DNA from: Dimorphilus gyrociliatus
Lineage: Eukaryota > Animalia > Annelida
DNA: 64,000 nt
NCBI GenBank assembly: GCA_904063045.1
Contig: CAJFCJ010000041.1
Span: 25,701-89,700, forward strand
Direction: 5' to 3'
Shown here: in pieces, positions 39,300 through 52,959 of the stretch
How the letters are laid out: every line of letters starts with the position of its first letter
How positions within the stretch are numbered: position 1 is the stretch's first letter
Position numbers and translations under genes: made by a program
The notes under the pieces: generated by a model
What the model saw: only the letters and a program-made list of their open reading frames with translations
Told to the model about the DNA's origin: nothing
The model's database searches: none

Positions 39300-39914
39300 A
39301 GGTCAAGTGAAATTAGCCTTACTCTGCCAATGACTTATACTCAAAAATTTTACTTTTGACAAACAATTATTATTAATAATTTGTGGTATTTAAAAACAGC
39401 ATTATGTTGACATCTGTCTATTTTTGTGTGTTGGAACCAATCCAACATATAGCAAAAATTGTTACATCGTATGCAATTTTCTGACCTATTGACAACAGTT
39501 TTCCTTAACAAAGCAAAGTCAACAAATATGGAACCATATTTGAACTTTCCTTTTATCCATAATGATACATTTGTTTTGTGTAGATATTTTTATCTGTGAA
39601 CTGTCAACTTTTGGAAAAGTATATAAAGCCTATGAATTTATCAGTAGGCAGTTCAGTTTTCTAACAGCTAACTTTGTGTTAAAACTTGCTTGTTTAGAAC
39701 TAGAAACTCATTTACTCAATAAATACTCTTTGAACGAAATACTGGTGTTTTGTTGGTAAATTTCTTGTAAAGTTTCATTTGTTGAGACAACTTGTGGACG
39801 AACTTGAAAGGTTCTATTTGGACCAGTACTTTGGTACATTGGTAAATGATTGGTGAGGACAAATTTGAATTTGATAAGCTCGAGATTCCTACAATTACAA
39901 TACAACAAAGTACA
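39300..39914 (+). mobile_element. Solo LTR family B, 3' two-thirds
   Basis: aattgttacatc block, tgtgaactgtcaac...gtatataaa, ending ...caacaaagtaca at 39914. Forms an inverted pair with 40402-41336. Confidence 0.75.
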
Positions 39915-41724
39915 GAGACAATATCTTTCACTCAAACTTTTGCATGAAGAACACTTATCATCTTTCATTTCTGTAATATTAAGCAAAGTTAAATAAATGT
40001 ATGTTTTTACATAGTAAATATCACCTTTACAGATATGATGACAAAGTGAACATGTAATTTCTTCAATCCTGAACTTTTCTGCACAATTATTGCAAAATAC
40101 TCTTTCAGATTCTAAATTGAAAGTGAAAAAAGTGAATAATTTAATAAAAACATATAAAGAGACAGACCTTTGATGCATTTGGCATGGACATAATCTTGGT
40201 AGTCACTGCATTTCATCTTTCTCTGGCTGCCATAAAATCTTTTATTACAATTAATACAAACAGGTGCCATTACCAAGTTTCTGTAGAAATAAATTCACTT
40301 TCAAATATCAAATATGGCTGCCAATACAAAAATTATAAATAATAACTCATGGGAAAGAAGGGTTCTTAAAAAATGTATAATCTTGTAATATTCAATAAAC
40401 CTGTACTTTGTTGTATTGTAATTGTAGGAATTTCTGGTTCGTCACAACTGTAATTGTCCTTTCCAATCATTTACCAACTTGCCAAAGTACTCAAACAAAT
40501 AGAACATTTAAAGTTCGTCCACAAATAGTCTAACAAAGGCAATTTCGGTAGAAATTGATTAACAAAACACCAGTATTTTGTCCAAAGAATATGTATTGAG
40601 TAAAATGAGCTTCTAGTTCTAAACAATCTAGTTTAAACAACTAGCTGACGGTTAGAAAAGTGAACTGTCAACTGTTAATTTCGTAGGATTTATATACTCT
40701 TTTAAGGGTTGATAGTTCACAAATTTCAATGTTCACAAAAACAAAAGTAACATTTGAAGACAAAGAAAAGTTCTAAATATGGTCATGTTTTTATTGCTTT
40801 CCTCTTCTAAATAATAGTTGAATTTTGAAGGTTGGAAAGTTGCATAAGATGTAACAATTTTAGTAGGACAAGTCCAACAATCAAGAAAACATGTAGATTG
40901 TATATTTGACCATTTTTATATTCTACCTTAATAATGATATTCAGTTGATTGAGTTAGTAAATTTAGCATCAGCATATGCAGAGGAAGTATATCTGATTAA
41001 TGCATGTTAAGAAGAACAGTATTGTGTATACAATACTGTTGAATAGTGAATATAATCTAAACTTAGAATTTAAGCATAATTGATAATTAATTGAACTAGT
41101 TTTAGTTGAAAATCATAAATGTATGGATTAATAAATTGTAATATTAATGCTAGGTTGCAAATAGCAAATATTCTTTATATAATTTAATAGGTTTTATTGC
41201 TGGGTAATGTGTATGCACTGCCCTACGCGAAACTAGGTCACTACTGCTTATCTTTATCAGTGCTATCTGCATAGTACAATGCTGGTTCAATACTACTTCT
41301 CTATTGTAGAATATAGCTGACGAATGTATGTGTACAAAACCAAATCAATACCAGAGTTTCAATGCTTAAAAAATAAATTAGCCTGAAAATATGCCAAGAA
41401 ATGCAAAATTTATCTTTCACTTACAGACAATACAAGGAAATAATTCATTTCTCTTTTAATAGCATTACATAATTCAGAGAAAACTGGTAAAAACATCACA
41501 ATACATATCCCTTTCTTCAAAAATATTAATATTTTATTCTATAAATGAAGTAAACAGCAAAGAGAAAAACATTTCTGATTATAAGTATCAATAATTAGAC
41601 CAAATATATCTTTTGCCAGGCATAGGACATTTTTTCCCAACCTTTAAGATGTTTTTTCCCAACAATTAGGATGTTTTTTCCCACCCTGGGCCTTTTTTTC
41701 CCAGGGACATTTTTTCCCGACCCC
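39915..41724 (-). mobile_element. MULE/Phantom-like element copy B (left end + PHD exons), inverted relative to copy A
   Basis: The reverse complement matches 35926-36157 plus 36741-37330. Spliced product: MAPVCINCNKRFYGSQRKMKCSDYQDYVHAKCIK|ESERVFCNNCAEKF...CSLCHHICK|EMKDDKCSSCKS. Confidence 0.85.
40402..41336 (-). mobile_element. Full-length solo LTR family B (935 bp) with 5-bp TSD AAACC
   Basis: TG...CA termini (TGTACAC...CAAAGTACA on the minus strand). AAACC at 40397-40401 and 41337-41341. Copy A carries a single AAACC at the empty site (about 36865-36870). Confidence 0.9.
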
Positions 41725-41935
41725 AGGATGAATATAGAACCAAAACCTAAGAATAATATAACTATATTCTAAAGTAAAACTAGACTTGTTAACTAAAACA
41801 GTTGATTCAGGACTGAATGCCTCTTACTACCTACACCCTCCTTTTATACAATTGGAAGTTGTTTCCAGATTATCTTCCCAGGTCCTTGGGTCCAGATAGG
41901 AGATACTTAGAATGAAAATAGTGAGGATTAAAGTC
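41725..41935. mobile_element. Juxtaposed fragments of LTR family C (+) and family A (-)
   Basis: 41725-41835 matches 36240-36355. The reverse complement of 41855-41935 is aatcctcactatt...ctggacccaaggacctgggaa...ctggaaacaac, as in family A. Confidence 0.7.
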
Positions 41936-42205
41936 TATCAATATTTTTATCAGTGTTGATATCACTTTTAATAGCAGGTTGCTAAGTAAAATAACAAACA
42001 GGGGGAAAATGAATTTTAAAATATTAACTACATTTCATTGTATGACTCATAAAGCTAAGTGGCAATATTTTAAAATATTCTAAAAGCAAGAGAAAGGAAT
42101 TAAATTGAAAAAATAAATAATGCATGACAATCATTTTTGTTGTTAGAGTAGTAGTAGTTGATTAGTTTCATGTTACAGAAATTTGTAAACATTTAGCTAT
42201 CAGTT

Positions 42206-45200
42206 ATGAAGAAATTCATGAGATATTTGGTTATAGTACTTGTAAATAGTTTCAATACTGTGATATCAGAAATTGAGGAGGAAGATGTTCACTATAGTTT
42301 TGTTAATGATAGCCTTACTTGTGATGATTATTCTTGTAGAGGAATAGTTAAACTAAAAGTTAAAGGATCTCAACATAATCCATTATGTAATTTGGAAGAC
42401 AATTGCCAGAAAGTTCCCAGTGCTATTTGTTATAGAATGGGATATGATTACTTTTATAGTTTTGGATATGAATGCTTTATCAAAAGTATATATTTTTTTT
42501 AAATTTCCAACATTTTACATTCTAATTTTCTTTAAATGTTTAAAAAGAGTTGATTAAATATGATATAGTTATTGGATGTTTAAATGTAACATATTGCTAT
42601 TATAAATATGCTTATTTTTCTGATACACAACTGTCTGAGTTGTCATGCCTACAATGTTTCAAGAAAAACAAGGCTTGTTTGTAAATTATTAAAATTTATA
42701 AAAAATTCTCTTATACTATGAAAAAATCCAGTTTTATATACAATACAAAAAGAAAATGATGCTTTACACAAGAAAGATGTGTTATATACAAGATTTAACT
42801 TAACATCCTATAAATTTACTTTAATGGATTACAAATATTTATTCACCTTATGTAGAGATGGTTTCTTTTTTAATTTGACAAATTTCCTCTTGGATGCTGA
42901 AAGAATTAGTACTCAGTGGGCATTCACCTACAGTGAAAAATTTGTTATAGTTGAATATGATGGTGAGAAAAATTATAGTATATCCTGCTCTGAGGCCAGC
43001 AAAAAATTTGATAATTATAGTTTAATGAATGAATCAGAAATTAATTTTTTAAATTCAAAAAGTCAAATTCTAATCAATTGGTTAAATCATTCACCTCAGA
43101 TTGTATTTGTAAAACCATCTTTGACTATTGAACAGGAAATAAATTTTGCAAGAACTGCTTGTAATCATTTCTCATTGGAATTAAAAAATAATATAAATCA
43201 GCTAAGGCCTTTTAATCTAAACAATTATTTTCAATATCATAATGAAATAGAATATTTAAATTGTTCTGTTAACTCTCTTAGTTTGTCAGAGTGTTCGAGA
43301 TTCACGAAGCCAACAACTCTTAACTATATAACTTTAAATTGTAAAAGATTTTCAAAAGAATACAATTATTCAGAAATCTTTAGTCAAGGTCTTTAAATAA
43401 AAATCAATTTTAGCTATTCTATCAGTTTTCCTCATTTTTTAGGCTATCATATTAGAATGATATTCACAAATAGGACAAACAATGTAACAATACTGAAAAA
43501 AGGTATTCTAAAAGTGAAATATAGGCACTTATGGTTTTATATATCAATCTATAACTTTGGTAAACATGAAGCTAATGTAAGTGATAAGTTGAAGGAATTT
43601 AATTAAATTTTAAAAGCAACAACTTGTTTTGTTAGATTATGTGCAAAACTTTTGGATATGAAAATGGTTTTCTTATATTTGATGTGAATGAAAGTTATAT
43701 AATTAAACCGCCTATCCTATCTATCCATTGTCCGAGAAATGCTACTCATATTGATCATTGCTATTTTCAAAACAAACACCATGGTACAACACTCCACATG
43801 TTATCTTTAATTCCATTGCATTTGGCATGTAATAATCTCAAAATTTTAAGTAAATTAATTTGAATACAACTTGAAAAAAAAACAATGGCAAGCAAAAGAA
43901 AAAAAAAATTTTTTTCAGACTGTCCACAAATAACAAGTGCTCAATTTTCTTATCATTTTGATGATAGTTGTTTATACTATTATAAATATGAGAAAAAATT
44001 GACTAGTCAACAACAAAATAATCTGTGCAAAAACAATGGAGGAGTTGTCCTATCTCCAGTCAATGGAAGAGAACTTTTCTACTTTATAGTCATTTTGAAG
44101 GGTCATAAGATTTTAAAGGAGAAGCAGGGTTTCCCAATAGGTTAATAATTTTTCAAAGATGCCAGTTTTCAAATTGTACTTAACTATTTAAATCAGGTAA
44201 AATAAACAAGCATCTACCCAATGGAAAAACTGTTTCTGTTAATGGTTTTAATGTACCTTTTGACATAATTGGATACAATTGGTTTCATATAGCGTTTAGT
44301 TAAAACATGTTCCATTTCCTATAAAAATGACTGTATTCCAACATTTTCTAGAGCAAACAATGATGTTTCATTTTTAGAAAAAGTAAAGAAATCTACTCAC
44401 AAAAACTTATGCCCTTATATGACTATTCCTAAAAGCTGGTTCCCAGACTTTTCAGTGCATACAACTTTCAAATGGAAAGATTGTTCCATTTTGGAATTTT
44501 CAAATCTTATATGCCAGATTAAAATTGGTATTTAATTTGTAAAATCTAATTATCCTTCTTATGCAAGAAATTTAACACAGATTCTGGTAAATATAGAGAG
44601 CAGCATTTTGTGCCAAATTTACAAACATGCCCAAAAGAGAATCTTTCCCAATGCAGTAGTTATGGTTTTATTTGCAAAACAAATCTATTCTGTATAAGCA
44701 AAAAGTCGGTATGTGATGGATACATTGATTGTTTCGATGAGAGTGACGAATCCAATTGTAGCACTCTTTTTAAATTTAATTATCCAAAGTTCAATTATAC
44801 TGTTAATCCTTTATATATATGTGATTATCATAAAGATTTGCCATTTGGAGAAGATGAACAATTTTGCAGTATCCATCTTTTTGTATTTTTAAATACTAAT
44901 TAAATGAATTTAGCAGAAAATATCTATAATTAGTTGACTTTATTAAGCAATGTTCCTGCCCCCTAAAAACATTTTTAAAAAAAAATTCAAATTATAGACA
45001 TTTTCTGGTGATTTCCAAAATGTTATCTTGTAATTAAATAGTTTCTTTTTATATCAAGAATTTCCAGCTTGTAATATCAATGAGAGGTAAAATAAAACAA
45101 TCAATCAATCAATCAATCAACTGAATTGTTCAACACAATTAGGCAATGTGACAATGAGTACTGTATTGATAATACGAAATTTTGCGATAATGAAAGAGAT

Positions 45201-47500
45201 TGTTTCGACTACAGCGATGAAAATTGTGAAAGTACATTGTTTAAATCTATTGTTTTATATTGCCTTTTACTAATTTGAATACACACCAAGGATTTGGCTA
45301 TTGTGGAGATAAACAGTATACTTGTTCTAATAAACAATGTATTCCAAACTTTTATGAATGTGATTGGAAAGTTGATTGTCACAAAGGATTTGATGAATAT
45401 TTTACTCATTGTAAACATCTGGAAAAATATTCCATCAATCTTACTGACAAAGCCTCCTACATTTTCAATAATCAAATAAGGAACAATTTAACATGTACAC
45501 TGAAATATAATAGTATGGATTTTCTTATTTCTCGACCAACTTCACCTTTCAATGACCTTAAATGGTGTCCAATGACAAACGAATGCCAATGCGGGGAATA
45601 CAAATGCAAAGATCATTACTATTGTATACCAATCAGAAGAGTTTGCAATGGAATATCTGATTGTCTTCTAGGAGATGATGAAATATTATGTAGTAAGTTT
45701 GTCATTAGAATTTAATTTTGTCAAACAAAATTTATGTTTGTTTAGGTAAATTTGCTCCACAAGGTTATTTCAAGTGTAGTAGAGAGGGAATATTCCTTAA
45801 GTATTCTCAAATATGTGATGGAATTTTAGATTGTTTCTACGCATCTGATGAAGCATTTTGTCAAACATTCAATTGTCCAAACTCTTGTATATGCTACAAT
45901 CCATTCGAAATGATTTGCTCTAATTTGACTAGAATTCCAAATTTGGTTAAATCTTTAAGAATTCTTCATTCCAAACAATTCGGTTTAGATGCTTTATCAA
46001 CAAACTTTGAATTAACATATTTGAATTTGTCAATGTGCAATATAAACATGGAAAATATCTCTTTACTTAAATATGCAAATGTTCATATTTTAGATATGAG
46101 CAGTAATGGAATGATGAAATTCTCTAGTGATATTTTCATGGTTAGAGAGAATTTAGAATTTTTAAATCTTAGTAGAAATATGCTATTCAATGTACATGAA
46201 ATTACATTGAGCAATCTTATCAATCTAATTACTTTGGATTTATCATATAATAGATTGAAAATTTTACTATCAAACACTTTTAAAACATTAATAAATTTGA
46301 TAAATCTCTATCTAAATGGAAATTTCATTGAGCATTTAGAAGAGAATTCATTTAATTCTTTGACAAACTTACAATCTCTTGAAATATTTTTAAATAAGAA
46401 AATGCTATTTACTTTGACTAAAAGTCATTTCATAAATTTAAAATCATTACATCTGTTAAAAACCAATTTCTATTTCATTTGTTTGTATGCTAAAAACTTG
46501 AAAATCAATTGTAAATGCTTCTGGAAATATAGAATTGCAGGAATAGAGAGAATGAAATTTGTTTTCATTGTTCAAATCTATTTTGGAATTGTAGTTGTAA
46601 CATTAACTTTTTTTATTATTCTGAAAATTCTATACTTTTGCTTGAAATCAATAAATGACTTAAGAATATTTTCACTTCACACCAATGATACATTAATATC
46701 ACTTCATTTGTTACTGTTGCTATTGACAATTCACCATTCACAACAAGATTTTAGTGAATATTTTGTACAATGGATAAAAAGTGGAATTTGTTTACTTAGC
46801 CATTCTTTGATCATTTTTTCCACAGTGTTCTTTATTTCAATCAATTCTCTGTATTCAATTTATTATATGTATATCTATAATGAATCATCATTGAAATTGG
46901 CCAGAGCAACCTACATTTTACATTTTCTTTCAATTTTAATATGCATAATAGCAATCAGTATTTTAGGATATCTTTTTAATGTAATTTAAAAATAGTAAAA
47001 TATTATGAAGCAATTATCAACTAATACCAGTTTTTATTTATTTTATTTTTTTTTGTTTTCTTCTTAAAACACATTAGAATAATGATTTTAATTCAATTTA
47101 TAAATGTTCTTACCTTTTAATCAGTGTTGGTAAAAGTACAACTTTTCTAATTGGTTTATCCTCTCTTAAAGCAATATTGTTAATTATTTCTATATCAATG
47201 ATCATTCTATTATCTCTAAACAAAAATTCCAATCAATTTAAATATAGGAAAAAAATGATTATACAATTTACATGTCTTTCCTCCAGTCTTTTTTGCATTG
47301 AATTTTTAAGTAGATTAATAGAATTTTTTTATAAAATTTTTTTTTCACAAAAAAAAACTTAAAAAAAAATTTAGATTTTATTTTCTATAAAATGAATATA
47401 AAAAATATTGAACAAGTGAAATGTTTGATAAATTATTCATTAATCTTTTCTATCATCTATAACAATCCCTATTCAAATTTTACAAAAAACTTTTCATTCA
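42206..47500 (+). CDS. GRL101-like GPCR #2: signal peptide, 2-3 SRCR-like domains, CTLD, about 6 LDLa, LRRs, strongly divergent 7TM
   Basis: MKKFMRYLVIVLV. SRCR-like CRGIVKL...AICYRMGYD and KGILKVKY...LCKTFGYENG. CTLD DCPQ...DDSCLYYY...NLCKNNGG. LDLa e.g. CIPIRRVCNGISDCLLGDDEILC. LRR-NT CPNSCIC and LxxLxLSxNxL repeats. Hydrophobic helices at 46550-47490. Some junctions are unresolved; it may be a pseudogene. Confidence 0.75.
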
Positions 47501-47854
47501 TTATAAAGAAAGAATTCTTATGAAAAAGTAAGGTTTCCATCTTGTTTTTAAAATTTATAATTATTTTATTATCAGAATTAGAAAAGCTGAAGAGTTATAC
47601 AAAGATCGGATATTTCCATGTAAAAAATAAAAAAAAGACATTATTCATCATTTTTCATCTCAAATAATCTATAGTCCTATTTTTTTGATATTTTTTAGTC
47701 ATTGATATATGTTATGAGCAATTATGTAGAGATGGAAGTGTACTTTTCTTTAATGATAATTGCGTGAAAAATGTCTCCTTGCTGTTTTTGAGTGTTAAAT
47801 GCTTGTACCAGTTTTTAAAAGATATTCACAAAAGGGAAATTTATATTGAAGGAA

Positions 47855-48430
47855 AATTTCAAGAATATTCAAGTTCCAACAAAAAGGTTAAAGCTTATAA
47901 TAAAATAGTGTTGATTGATGGACAAACATTCACAAATCAGATATTTAGAGGTTTTATTTTATTTTTTTCATGAAATGTATCACAGGTAAACCTAGATTTA
48001 ATTCTATGTTCCTTCCCATGTACCCATCTTAGGGTTAGGGTAAAAGTTAAAGATTTGTAGAATGTTTTCCATCATTGAATAACTAACAGAAACAATCTGC
48101 AGTTGATTTTTCTCCATATTTTGGTTTCGAATATAAAAAACAGACTTTTTTTTTAATTATTAAAATATGTTTAAAGGACTGTATGGAAATCATCAGAAAT
48201 CTACACTGCTGTTTGACAAAATATAAAGAAAAAGAGGCCAATATCCTGGAAGCAGGTCTTTTATTAAGATCTTTGCTACAACAACATCACATAATCAACA
48301 AGAAAAATATATTTAATAACCAAATGAGATACAAAAAAAACAAACTGTAATTAATTGATTGATTGATAAATCTGGGTTTTGTCTTGTTTTTAAATTTAAA
48401 TTTAAATTTTTGAAAATACAATAAAGTTTA
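47855..48430. repeat. ~580-bp dispersed duplication (partner 57215-58255) containing a TAACCC-MITE copy
   Basis: Near-identical direct copy. It shows the empty site (ccatcattgaataactaacag) of the LTR inserted at 57472. Confidence 0.9.
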
Positions 48431-49019
48431 TTGAAAATAAACCATTTAAAAATGGTTTAATACTACTTCACTATTGTAGAGTATAGCTGACAAATGTATG
48501 TCTTCATTCAATTTTATCATTTGATTTACCTTAGGTATTTCAACATTTTTAGAGTGAAATTTGAACAAAACATTTCCTAAGTATAAACAATAATTTGGTT
48601 GATTGTTATATCAATTTATGTTTACAAAGTTTATAAATTTTCATTCTGAATACCGAAATAGTTTCCTTTAGAAAAATTGCAATTTTTTGAAAATTTTTCT
48701 GAACAGTAGCAATTAATCATATTTAGTTAGAATGAACAAATGATTGCTAAAGTAGTTATAGAGTAGTATATATGTTAGGTACAATCAGTATATTAACAAT
48801 GGAACAAAGAACAGGAAAAAATGCATGTCAAAATTGTTACATCTTATTCAATAACAGATGCTGAAAACTAAGGCTTGTTTTTGAAGTACCACATGCATAA
48901 CCTATATGATATAACTGTTTTTCATACCTTTGCTGTATGTTCATTGTAAGATCATTACATTTCAACTTTGAACCCAAGCTTTGGTAAATGTATAAAAGGA
49001 AATGCATTTCCTCAGTTTG

Positions 49020-49267
49020 TCAGTTCAGTTTTAACTGTTAGCTAGTTGTTTAAACTTGCTTGTTTAGAACTAAAACTCATTATACTCAATACATACTCTT
49101 TGCACGAAATACTGGCAGTTCATTGATTAATTTTTGCTGGAATTGAATTCGTTGAGGCTACCTGTGGGACGAACTTGAAAGGTTCTATTTGGACCAGTAC
49201 TTTGGTTTATTGGTAAATAATTGGTGAGGACGAAATTCAATTGTAATGAACTTGAGGTTCCTACAAT
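49020..49267 (+). mobile_element. Solo LTR family B fragment truncating the ITIH-like paralog
   Basis: cagttcagttttaactgttagctagttgtttaaacttgc...ggttctatttggaccagtactttgg...ttcctacaat. Confidence 0.8.
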
Positions 49268-49269
49268 AG

Positions 49270-50010
49270 AAGAAACAGATATTTCATTTTCATTTAATGG
49301 TAATCTTGGAATTGCTGTATTTTCTGCTTCCTATATTGGACCAATAAATGCAAATAGAATAGTAGTTTGTACTGTAGCATGTGTAGATGGCGCTAGTAGT
49401 CTTACTTCAACAGCTAAAACTGAAATTTTGCACAAAGAAAGTAGGCGTAGTTTGATTACAATTACTTATCTTTCCTAATAATTAATTTTTTAAGCCTATG
49501 GTGATACTAGCGATGCAGAAACATATAAAGCTGGAATTCAAATGTCATCGTCTCAAAGTTCACCAACTAGCATTGAATTTTCAGGTAACCCAGGTAAACC
49601 TGTCCAATTTTGGTAATTATTGTCATATTGTCCATTAGAGAGTTCCATTCAGTCGTTTTAAATTTTTGCTTTCAAATTTCTCACCATTTGACAGCTATAC
49701 ACCAAGGAATCCTGATGAAGTTGATTTAGACCCACCAGTAAATACGTTTTTTATATCTCAGACTCCTACAACTGTTGTGGCTACTCAGAAAAATGGAGTT
49801 CAGTCAAGCTTTTTGGTGTTAAATTGTATTGCTGATTCAAAAACATTTATCTATGACATTCCAATTGTCTTTGCTAATGTTGACCCTTGGGCCTCTTTAG
49901 TTGGAGATCCACATTTCAAACAGCCAATTTTTGATCAATTAAGCTCTTTGAATACACATATCTGTTATGATGTTACAGGATTTGCTGGGGACTATATACT
50001 TGAATCATGA
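49270..50010 (+). pseudogene. Truncated paralog of the 33949-35673 ITIH-C-domain gene
   Basis: AYGDTSDAETYKAGIQMSSSQSSPTSI matches DFGQNELSDIFFLFIEMSSQQSSPTTI. WASLVGDPHFKQPI...HICYDVTGFAGDYI is followed by a stop. TVACVDGASSLTSTAKTEI is cadherin-like. The 5' end is lost. Confidence 0.8.
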
Positions 50011-50515
50011 AGACAAATGGGAAACTTAAAAAAATTGTTCAATGGTTAAATTAATTGGTACAGCAAAATGTTTAATTATTAAATATGAAAAATAAATGTT
50101 TAATATAAAGAAATTAAATGAGAAAGAGTTTCCTTTCTTCAATTACTAAATAACTAAAATTTAAAAAAGTAAACAAACAGGAAATGCGTTACAAAAACTT
50201 TTTGAATTTTCTCTCTACTGCAATTTTGTAATGAAAAAAAAAAATAGTTGAGTGTGACCTTTTGATACTCTTTAGCTGGCGGCTAAAAAAATGTTCTTAA
50301 GTGATTAAAGTAAGACTAATGTAGTTCTATAGTTAATGCTAAATTCATTACATTTGTTTGTAAGAATTTTTATATGCTCAGGTGCATACCTGCATTGCCG
50401 CATATATGTATAATTGTGCGTACCTAGTGCACAATGCATTTGTTACAAAACATAATTATGCAAGTTGAGGATGAAGACATATTTACATAGTAATAATAAA
50501 CAATCTCTATTTTCC

Positions 50516-52693
50516 AGTGACATTAGGTTGCTTGAATGGCTGGACAGAGTTTAATGGGTTTTGCTATTTTGTATCATCTAGTAAAACTTATTGGCTTGCA
50601 GCAGAAGATGATTGTAATGGATTTGGCCGAAATTTAATAAGTATCCACAATAAAGAGGAAAATGACTTTGTTCATAGACTTTTACAAGTTAGAGATGGCT
50701 GAAATTCAACATTTTTGTTGGTCTGATGGTTCACCTCTAAATTATACACTCTATCAAAGTGACCCTTATCTTTATTGTGGTGTAGTTAGAGTACAATTGA
50801 AGAAAAAAAACAACCGTTTTTTTAACAAAATAACAAATGTAATTTTATAGCATCTGATTGGTTTGCATTCAATTGTGGACAACAAGTAAAGTATATTTGT
50901 AAAGTAAAGAAAGGAGCTACACCTTCTCCTAAACCAACTTCAGTAACTCCAGTTCCTACAGGCCATTGTCCATCAGGTTGGTTAGAATCTGCAAAAAAAT
51001 GCTTCAGAATATACTTCTTGGGTGAAAAAAATGGACTATCTTTCTTTGAGTCAAGAATTAGCTGTATGTCATTGAATATGATGTCTAATCTGGCAACAAT
51101 CAATAGTGAGGAGGAAAATTCACTTATTCTCTCAAAAATGATTAATATACCATATGGAAATGGAATATGGTTTGATTTGCTCAAAAAGAGCAGACATGAC
51201 CCTTGGCTATGGGCAGATAATACTCCATATTCCTTAAATGAGTACAATAATTGGTTTACTGAGTATCAAACAGAGGTATGTATTTAAAACCAGTAGCTCT
51301 TTTTATAATAACTTTAGCATTCTCAACATTTAACAATACTCCTCTATTCAGGTAACATTGATTTCATATCCACAACTCCACTAAAGAAAACAATATGTAA
51401 GAAAGGTGAATATCTTGGAGATGGTTGTTATAGCATACAAAATGAAAAAAAAAACTTGGAAAGAGGCCTTAAATTCTTGCCAAAAGCAAGTATAATTTTT
51501 CACTTTGTTTTTGCCTTGAAATATAAATTAAATCTTTCTTTAAACAGGAAATGAATTTGGCTTCTATTAATTCTGCTGGATTAAATTCAGGATTGCGTTA
51601 TCACATTATAAATTCAGATAAATACTATTGGATTGGAATGAATAGGATTAATGATACAGAGTCAATGAAATGGAGTGATCATTCTATGGTTTTTTTTACA
51701 AATTGGCAGGAATTTCCCAAAGATGACAAAAATTGTGTTGCCATTTCTGCAAGAGGAACATGGAGTGGATTTGAATCGTCAATCAGCTTTTCATTCATTC
51801 ACCTGGATGGATGACAGCCCTGTCACCTTTGAATATTGGAGAAAACCTGACAGTAATGATGGAAATTGTGCTGTCATTACTTTTAATCCAGAACAAAGAA
51901 GAACTGGTTTCTGGAGCAAGAGTAAATACATAGGTTTGTATAGATATATTTGCAAACTTCCAAAAATTCCTTTTCCAAGTACTCCTCTCCCAGTTAAAGG
52001 AAAATGTCCCCAAAAATTTCAAAAAAAGATGTTTGGGAATTATATGGCAATAAATGTTTTCTCTTTCCAAGTGCCAAATATGAAGATTATCAACAAGCAG
52101 CACAATTTTGTAGAAGAGTAAGTGGAACCTTAGCAGAAATTAGAACATTTGAAGAAAATACCTTTATTGAAAAATATGCCAAAAAATATTTCCTTTCTTT
52201 TATTAAAGGCTTATGGATTGGTTTAAGAAAAACAAATACTAGTAATTACATTTGGCAAAGTGGAAATAAACCAGAATTTGAATATTGGTATGATTTGGAT
52301 GACAAGAAGGGAAACTGTGTTTCATTAAATACTTCTCTATATGGTCACTGGACAAGTCATAGTTGTGATGGAAAATACTTTCCCTTTGTATGCCAAGTAG
52401 ATGTGATAAAAGGTATATATCCATATCCTCTTTGTTTATTTTGATTAAAACAACAACTTTTCTTTTCCTATTCACTTGTAAAAGCAGATTCTTCTGGTAT
52501 GACAATTGGTGCAAAGGTGGGACTTGGTATAGGCATAGCCATTGGTGTTTTCATTCTCATTGGAACATTTGGTGGTGTTAGTTATAAAAGGCAAAGTTCT
52601 AGAGAATCACCAAAGAAAATATTTCACAATAGAGCAAGTAGTTTTGGTAGTACAACTGAAATGTCCAAGTATTACAATGAAGCAACTGCATAG
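50516..52693 (+). pseudogene. Multi-C-type-lectin type I membrane receptor (mannose-receptor-like), 5 partial CTLDs + TM + short tail; internal deletions
   Basis: CLNGWTEFNGFCYFV, CPSGWLESAKKCF, YWIGMNRI...WSDHS...FTNW, LWIGLRK...WQSG...NCV...W...SC...FVC. TM IGAKVGLGIGIAIGVFILIG. Frameshifted junctions at about 50695 and 51770. No signal exon found. Confidence 0.8.
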
Positions 52694-52959
52694 AAGTATA
52701 AAAAAAATGTTTATTATCACTGTGCCCCAATACTCATAATTTTATAGGTCTATATACATTTGTTTTTATGACAAACCATGAATAACAGCTTTTTACAGAG
52801 CAAAGATATAAATGTTTAATGAAATGGTGTTTTTTATAGTAAATGGGAATGAATGTAAATTGTTTTCTTGATTGTTTGAATTCAGTGCCCAACCCTGAAA
52901 GACTTTTGTAATAAATAGATGTTTATGCCATTTAGTAAATTAGAATTACCTATAGAAAG

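Noticed and set aside
39708-40178. 156-aa ORF from the track
   Set aside because: Chimeric read-through of MULE PHD exons, their introns and LTR-B.
35926-41724. One giant foldback element
   Set aside because: No TSD (agctctatt vs aggatgaat); the arms are two transposase 5' ends.
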